DNA from: Octopus bimaculoides
Taxonomy: Eukaryota
Length of the DNA stretch: 38,305 nt
Direction: 5' to 3'
Assembly: GCF_001194135.2 (NCBI RefSeq)
Contig: NC_068994.1
Coordinates: forward strand, 35,508,187 to 35,546,491
The position numbers and the translations under genes were made by a program. The notes beneath the pieces were generated by a model. The model had not been told where the DNA came from and made no database searches. It saw only the letters and a list, made by a program, of their open reading frames with translations. Positions 33,321 to 38,305 of this stretch are shown here, piece by piece (the first letter of the stretch is position 1; each line of letters starts with the position of its first letter).

Positions 33321-34097
33321 CAAACAAACAAACAAATGAATAAATAGATACATAAATAAATATTTAAAGGTTTACAGAATTTCAGCTCAGCAGGCTGATG
33401 ACGTACCAGACTACCAAATGATGTTTCAACAATTTGTACCCAGGCGCAGTTCGTTGATGTACTTATTGAGAAGACATTTAACTCTTAGTACTTTAGTGCA
33501 ACATACACCATACTGAATGAAATAAGCACCATGTGTGTTAATGATCACTACTGTAAGCAGCTGGAACACTATGAAATTGATGAATGTTTCATTAACTTGT
33601 GGTAATTAGTTCAAACTCCCAAGAGGTTTGAGCTAAATCCCTTTTTAGAGATGGGCAGAGGGACACCCGGTGATTGTTCATAGCCTGGTAATGTGCTTAT
33701 ACTCATATAGTCTAAAAGGAGAATTTATACTCTCAAGATCACCTGTGAAACAATTTATCTCTCCAAGTCCAAATGTATACAAACATGTAAAATACGACTG
33801 TACACAGCTATATTTCATTCAACATTGCTTAGTGTGTCTTTAATTAACAGAATAATTTAGATGCTGTCAAGGACAGATTATTACTTCAAATAAATTGTCA
33901 ATATCTCAGGTAAATAATCTTTCTTTTCTTCTTTCATCAATTTATTTCAGATACAGTGACAGATATGTGACATATCCTGTTAATTAGAAGATTACAGGTA
34001 TGTGGCATTCTTCAATCATTATGTCTTTAAAAATCAATTAATACTTGATGTTGCTGCCCCTCATAAGAATACAATATCCATTAGAATTTGACGCTTT

Positions 34098-34504
34098 CAT
34101 CTACCTAGCACTTTAATCAGTAAGCACAATAAGCACATGCTTTGGGGGTATCAAGGGAAGGGGTGCACCATAGAAATGGTAAATGGTTTAATGTATGCAA
34201 AAAATCATTTTAAACTTGTTAAAATCATAATTGAAGTTGTTTACATGATTGGAAATATAATTTTAAATGTTCATGGTGCTACAGTGAGGATCTGATCAAA
34301 GTCTTTGCAATTTAAAAAAAGTGGAAAACTTTTCAAATATAAATAAAGTGGAAGTATTCAAAAATAAACATTATTTTCTACCTTAGTGTTAGTTATGCCT
34401 CATGGTTTATTATTGCTTATATTTTGAATTACATATATATGGAGCCACCAAAATCTTTTAAGTACTTAAGACCTCTATGGGTTTAATATTTCCCTGCATC
34501 TACC
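34098..34504. mobile_element. hAT-type MITE (element 34106-34496) with an 8-bp target site duplication
   Basis: CATCTACC at 34098-34105 and 34497-34504; right end ...TTTAATATTTCCCTG reads CAGGG on the minus strand; left TIR decayed. Confidence 0.65.
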
Positions 34505-35451
34505 TTTAAATTACAACCAGAGCTGTGAAGATTTGTTTTTGGATTTTCAGCCTCATTTCTTGCTAGAAGAAATTTTGGAAATTCCAGTAGTATACTGGTA
34601 CTTAATAAAGTAATTATGGATTGTGAAGTAAAGTTCTCAGTTCCACAGTGGAATAGAAAAACTGGAGCAACAGCACTTTAAGTCTCACCTAATCATTTGA
34701 TCAAACCCATGTGTTCCATAGGATGTTTCTCCTGCTGACTTATGTTGAACACAATAGCTTTCAATGCTAAATATATCTGGGTCCATTGATTCTCACAAGA
34801 AATCTGTGCCATCGTGGTTCATACCCCTATCCCCATCATTAGTTTTGCTCACCAAATTTGCCCGCTTGGCACTGTGCATTTGTTGCTGCTATGAAATGGT
34901 CACCTCCAAGCAAGAGAGAAGTGACCTGTTTAACCCATTCTGAGTTTGAAAGTAGATAGAAGTCCTCTTGTCATTCACTTTACCAAGTTTCATACCCTTA
35001 ATACACAAACAGCATTGAAAAGATTCATTCAGAATTCTCAGCCATATAATTCTGGACTTCTGTGATAAGGAATTTATATTATGAATACTGTTTATACTAG
35101 CATAGTAATAAAGACATTGGTTAATGCAGTGCAGTCACCCGGAGGTTCTGAGTTTAATCCCAGTCAAGGTACTAAGGCAATTCACCAAAAATCAACTAAA
35201 GCAAAAAAATTCATGAAATACAGAGAGTGGAATGAGAACAGTGTACCCCTCTGGATCAAATAAGGGGTTAGGTTCAAAATTCTAATATAATTGCAGAGTT
35301 CAGCACAAGACACTGGAAGAAGGCTGGAACATACAACAGCTGAATCGTAGTGAAAGCAACAATCAAGAGGAAGACACCAGTTCAACCAATATAAACAATA
35401 TACATAATTTTCAGCTTTAGCTTTCTTGCTTAGAAATGCCTGGGAAACCTC

Positions 35452-35545
35452 AGTATCGACTGATTAAATTGAACACCAGTACTTAACTGGTACTTTATTT
35501 TTGCTATCACTGATGGGATTTGAACTCAGAGCACAGTCAACTGGA
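35452..35545 (-). mobile_element. SINE family B fragment
   Basis: CACCAGTACTTAACTGGTACTTTATTTT...GGGATTTGAACTCAGAGC. Confidence 0.6.
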
Positions 35546-36338
35546 ACAAATAGTGCAAGAATTTAAGAAGACAAAGCAACAACACTCCCCAATGTATTAT
35601 CTTTAAGTACTTGTTATATTAGGTATTTTCTTTCCTTACATCTTCAGAATATTTTCTATTTGGTTTTGTATATCTCAGATGTGAATAAAATAAATAAATA
35701 GATTACCATTTATTTACTTAAAGTTATGGCCAGAACTACATCTATGTGAGTTCAATGTGTTAAATATTCTGGTAAATTTCTATTCCTAGTTTGTGCTTCT
35801 ATTCTTTATAGCTTGCAGTCGAGTTTGATGCCAGACAAACCATGCTTTAAATCAATGTATCAATGTTGGTCAGAAGCACATTCTTCAAAATATCAATAAG
35901 AAGAACTCCCAAGATGTTTCCCATTATACTAGGAAGTTGTAAATCGGACTTGCTACAATTTTAGTATGCATCAGTAGATACACCGGGGACTATGCCACTG
36001 CATATAACTGCCTGTTTATGCCAGTGAATTAATGTTTTTTTATCAAGAAATCCAACCAGTACATTCAGTTTCATTCACATGACAGACAATTTCGATTGGA
36101 ATCTTGGCCTATGTATTGCCAGCTAATCTCGAAGACTGATGTTGAAAAGATATTTTTGTACATTTTTTTATCTATTTCTTTTTTCTTAATGCTATGAAGA
36201 TATATTTAATGGTTTCTAATGTGTATTTGATAAAGGAGAATTTGTTTACACGATTGTTTTTACTTGTTTCTTCCTACTATCTTTAGTTGGATTTTTTTTT
36301 ACCACTTTCTACTTCTTTCTACTTTCTTTCTTTTCTTT

Positions 36339-36344
<6 letters not shown>

Positions 36345-36410
<66 letters not shown>
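36345..36410. repeat. (TA)n microsatellite
   Basis: Read directly. Confidence 0.95.
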
Positions 36411-36412
<2 letters not shown>

Positions 36413-37201
36413 ACATACACATATGCATGCACACATGAACACACATATGCACACCCTCACATGTATTGGTGCTCATGTTGGTGTGGGTTTTATTAACATT
36501 GTAAATTTCAAGAAAAAGCTTTCTTTTCACATCTTTTCTTCACTTTTAAAAAGATGCCTGCATGCATACACACATGTATGTATGTATATACATACACATA
36601 GATACACACCCACACATACACATACATAGACACATACATACATGCATATATATATATATATATATATATATTCCATGTAAATATATACATATCATGTAAA
36701 TGAACAAATGAGCTTGAGTAAGGTCAAATAAATAAGTTTTGTCTCCTGAAAGAATTCTATGCACACACAAGCAAAATTATAAATAAAAAAAAAGAATACA
36801 TACCTCTACCACCATACCCACATGCATGCACACACACACACACACATGCACACACACACACACAAACATACCTAAAAAATCACTAGAAGTTTACTTCCTT
36901 TTTTTTTTTTCCCCCTATAATTTGTAACAAAACATCTTTCTTGTTAATACATTTGTTACAAGATCTAAATAAATTACACGATGCAAAACAACAAATCAGA
37001 AGATGGCATATCTTTAGGAATGGAAATAACAGAAACTAACAATGAGGAAAGTTTGACCAATTATTTTTTAATGATATGTCGTTAGCAAAGTAACTTATCA
37101 CTCATGTATACATAATTAAGTACACAATGTCAAAAATGTAACATAAAAACTCTGAAAATGATGCGTAAATAACAAGGTATTTTACAGTTTTATGTTATAG
37201 C

Positions 37202-37700
37202 TGCATATGTAGTTGTGTAGTCAGAAGTTTGGTTCCCAGCCACGTGGCTCCAGGTTCAGCCTCACTGTAAGGCACCTTAGGCAAATGTCTTCTTCTATAG
37301 TGCCAAGCTGACCAAAGCCTTGTGAGTGGTTTTTGTAGATGGAAACTGAAGGAAGTCTGCTGTATATGTGTATGTATGTGACTTGGTGTGTGTGTTTGTC
37401 CCCCACCATCACTTCACCACTGGTGTTGGTATGTTTATGCTCCCATAACTTTGCAATTAGGTAAAAGAGTCACTTCGTTTGACTAAAATTCTTCAAGGCA
37501 GTACTCCAGCATGGTCGCAGTCTAATAACTGGAATAAGTAAAAAATAAAAGACTGGCACCAGTGTAGCTATGTGGTTAAGAAGCTTGCTTTCCTACAGTG
37601 TGGCACACCATGCTACCTTGGGCAAATGTCTTTTACTTTAACCATGAGCTGACCAAGGCCTTGTGAATTAATTTGGTAGATGAAAACTATCTGGAAGCCA
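37202..37700 (+). mobile_element. SINE family A full copy (37202-37552) followed by a second A head (37555-37700)
   Basis: Two heads with GGCAAATGTCTT CORE-like motifs; one complete 3' part. Confidence 0.8.
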
Positions 37701-38059
37701 GTTGTTTTATATGTATGTATGTATGTATGTATGTAATATAAGAAAAAGAGATGACACAGGGAAAACAAAGTTTATGCTGTGGACCCTTAGCTGAGTGCCT
37801 GGATAATATCCCACAGCTTCATCGGACCCTCAAATATTCAAATATGAAGGGCAATTTATTTGGGAAGAAAAGAATTAAATTTTTGGAATATACAGGGAAA
37901 GCATTAACAGTGAGAAAGTCATTGCTGATGTATATATCTAATACATAAATGTATGTGTTAGTGTGTGTGTGTGTGTATATGAGTATCTATATGTATGTAT
38001 ATATATATATATATATACAAATGATATATGAGTATATGCATTCTTCCAATTGCAAGTTT

Positions 38060-38305
38060 TCTTTTCAGGTACACGACACTGCTTTTCCCCTTCCCAGGCT
38101 ACAGGCCCACACCCCCAACACCCATACTGTTAGGATTGGCACTCTCAACGTCGGCACGCTGAAAGGTAGATCTGGTGAAATTGTTGAGATGCTTGAACGG
38201 AGACGCGTAGATATGTGCTACATCCAGGAAGTAAGATGGAGAGGAGGTTCTGCGAGGTTCCTCACAGGCAAAGAACACAGGTACAAGATTTTCTGGGCAG
38301 GGAAC
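38060..38305 (+). mobile_element. RTE-clade LINE, start of ORF (AP endonuclease N-terminus), running off the window
   Basis: Open frame HTVRIGTLNVGTLKGRSGEIVEMLERRRVDMCYIQEVRWRGGSARFLTGKEHRYKIFWAGN (codon ACT at 38141); TLNV and IQEVRW are APE domain motifs; 5' boundary approximate. Confidence 0.92.

Noticed and set aside
33415-33516. C/D box snoRNA (ATGATGT ... CTGA)
   Set aside because: Imperfect C box, no terminal stem, no recognisable rRNA antisense element
33910-33950. 41-nt GT-AG intron joining DAVKDRLLLQINCQYLR to YSDRYVTYPVN*
   Set aside because: Probably too short for this lineage and the joined frame stops quickly
37751-37948. 65-aa ORF MTQGKQSLCCG...
   Set aside because: Short, no motif or splice support, lies between a SINE and a microsatellite
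1-38305. Most ORFs in the supplied track (YI-, HT-, CV-, V- or X-rich)
   Set aside because: Translations of (TA)n, (CA)n, trinucleotide tracts, SINEs or N gaps; no domain signal

Overview
Eukaryotic, AT-rich, repeat-dominated genomic DNA with seven N gaps, most flanked by (TA)n/(CA)n tracts. The tRNA-derived SINEs and microsatellite load look like coleoid cephalopod (octopus) DNA; this is recognition from memory, not a search result. No intact host gene, rRNA, true tRNA gene, CRISPR array or prokaryotic system is supportable, and most listed ORFs are translated microsatellites or gaps. The window holds: (1) dozens of copies of three SINE groups (my working labels A, B, C); (2) LINE relics: four RTE-clade pieces, one R4/Dong-type element lacking its RT region, and one decayed CR1/Jockey-group 3' end; (3) three non-autonomous DNA transposons with diagnosable ends (piggyBac-like TTAA, hAT-like 8-bp TSD, TA-flanked foldback); (4) a few repeat-free islands with exon-like signals. 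The most interesting object is a ~260-bp element at 21961-22233. It combines a tRNA-like Pol III head, a minimal type I hammerhead-ribozyme motif of the kind found in Penelope-like elements, and a 26-bp inverted repeat at its ends. Family A/B/C boundaries are approximate (about +/-10 bp).
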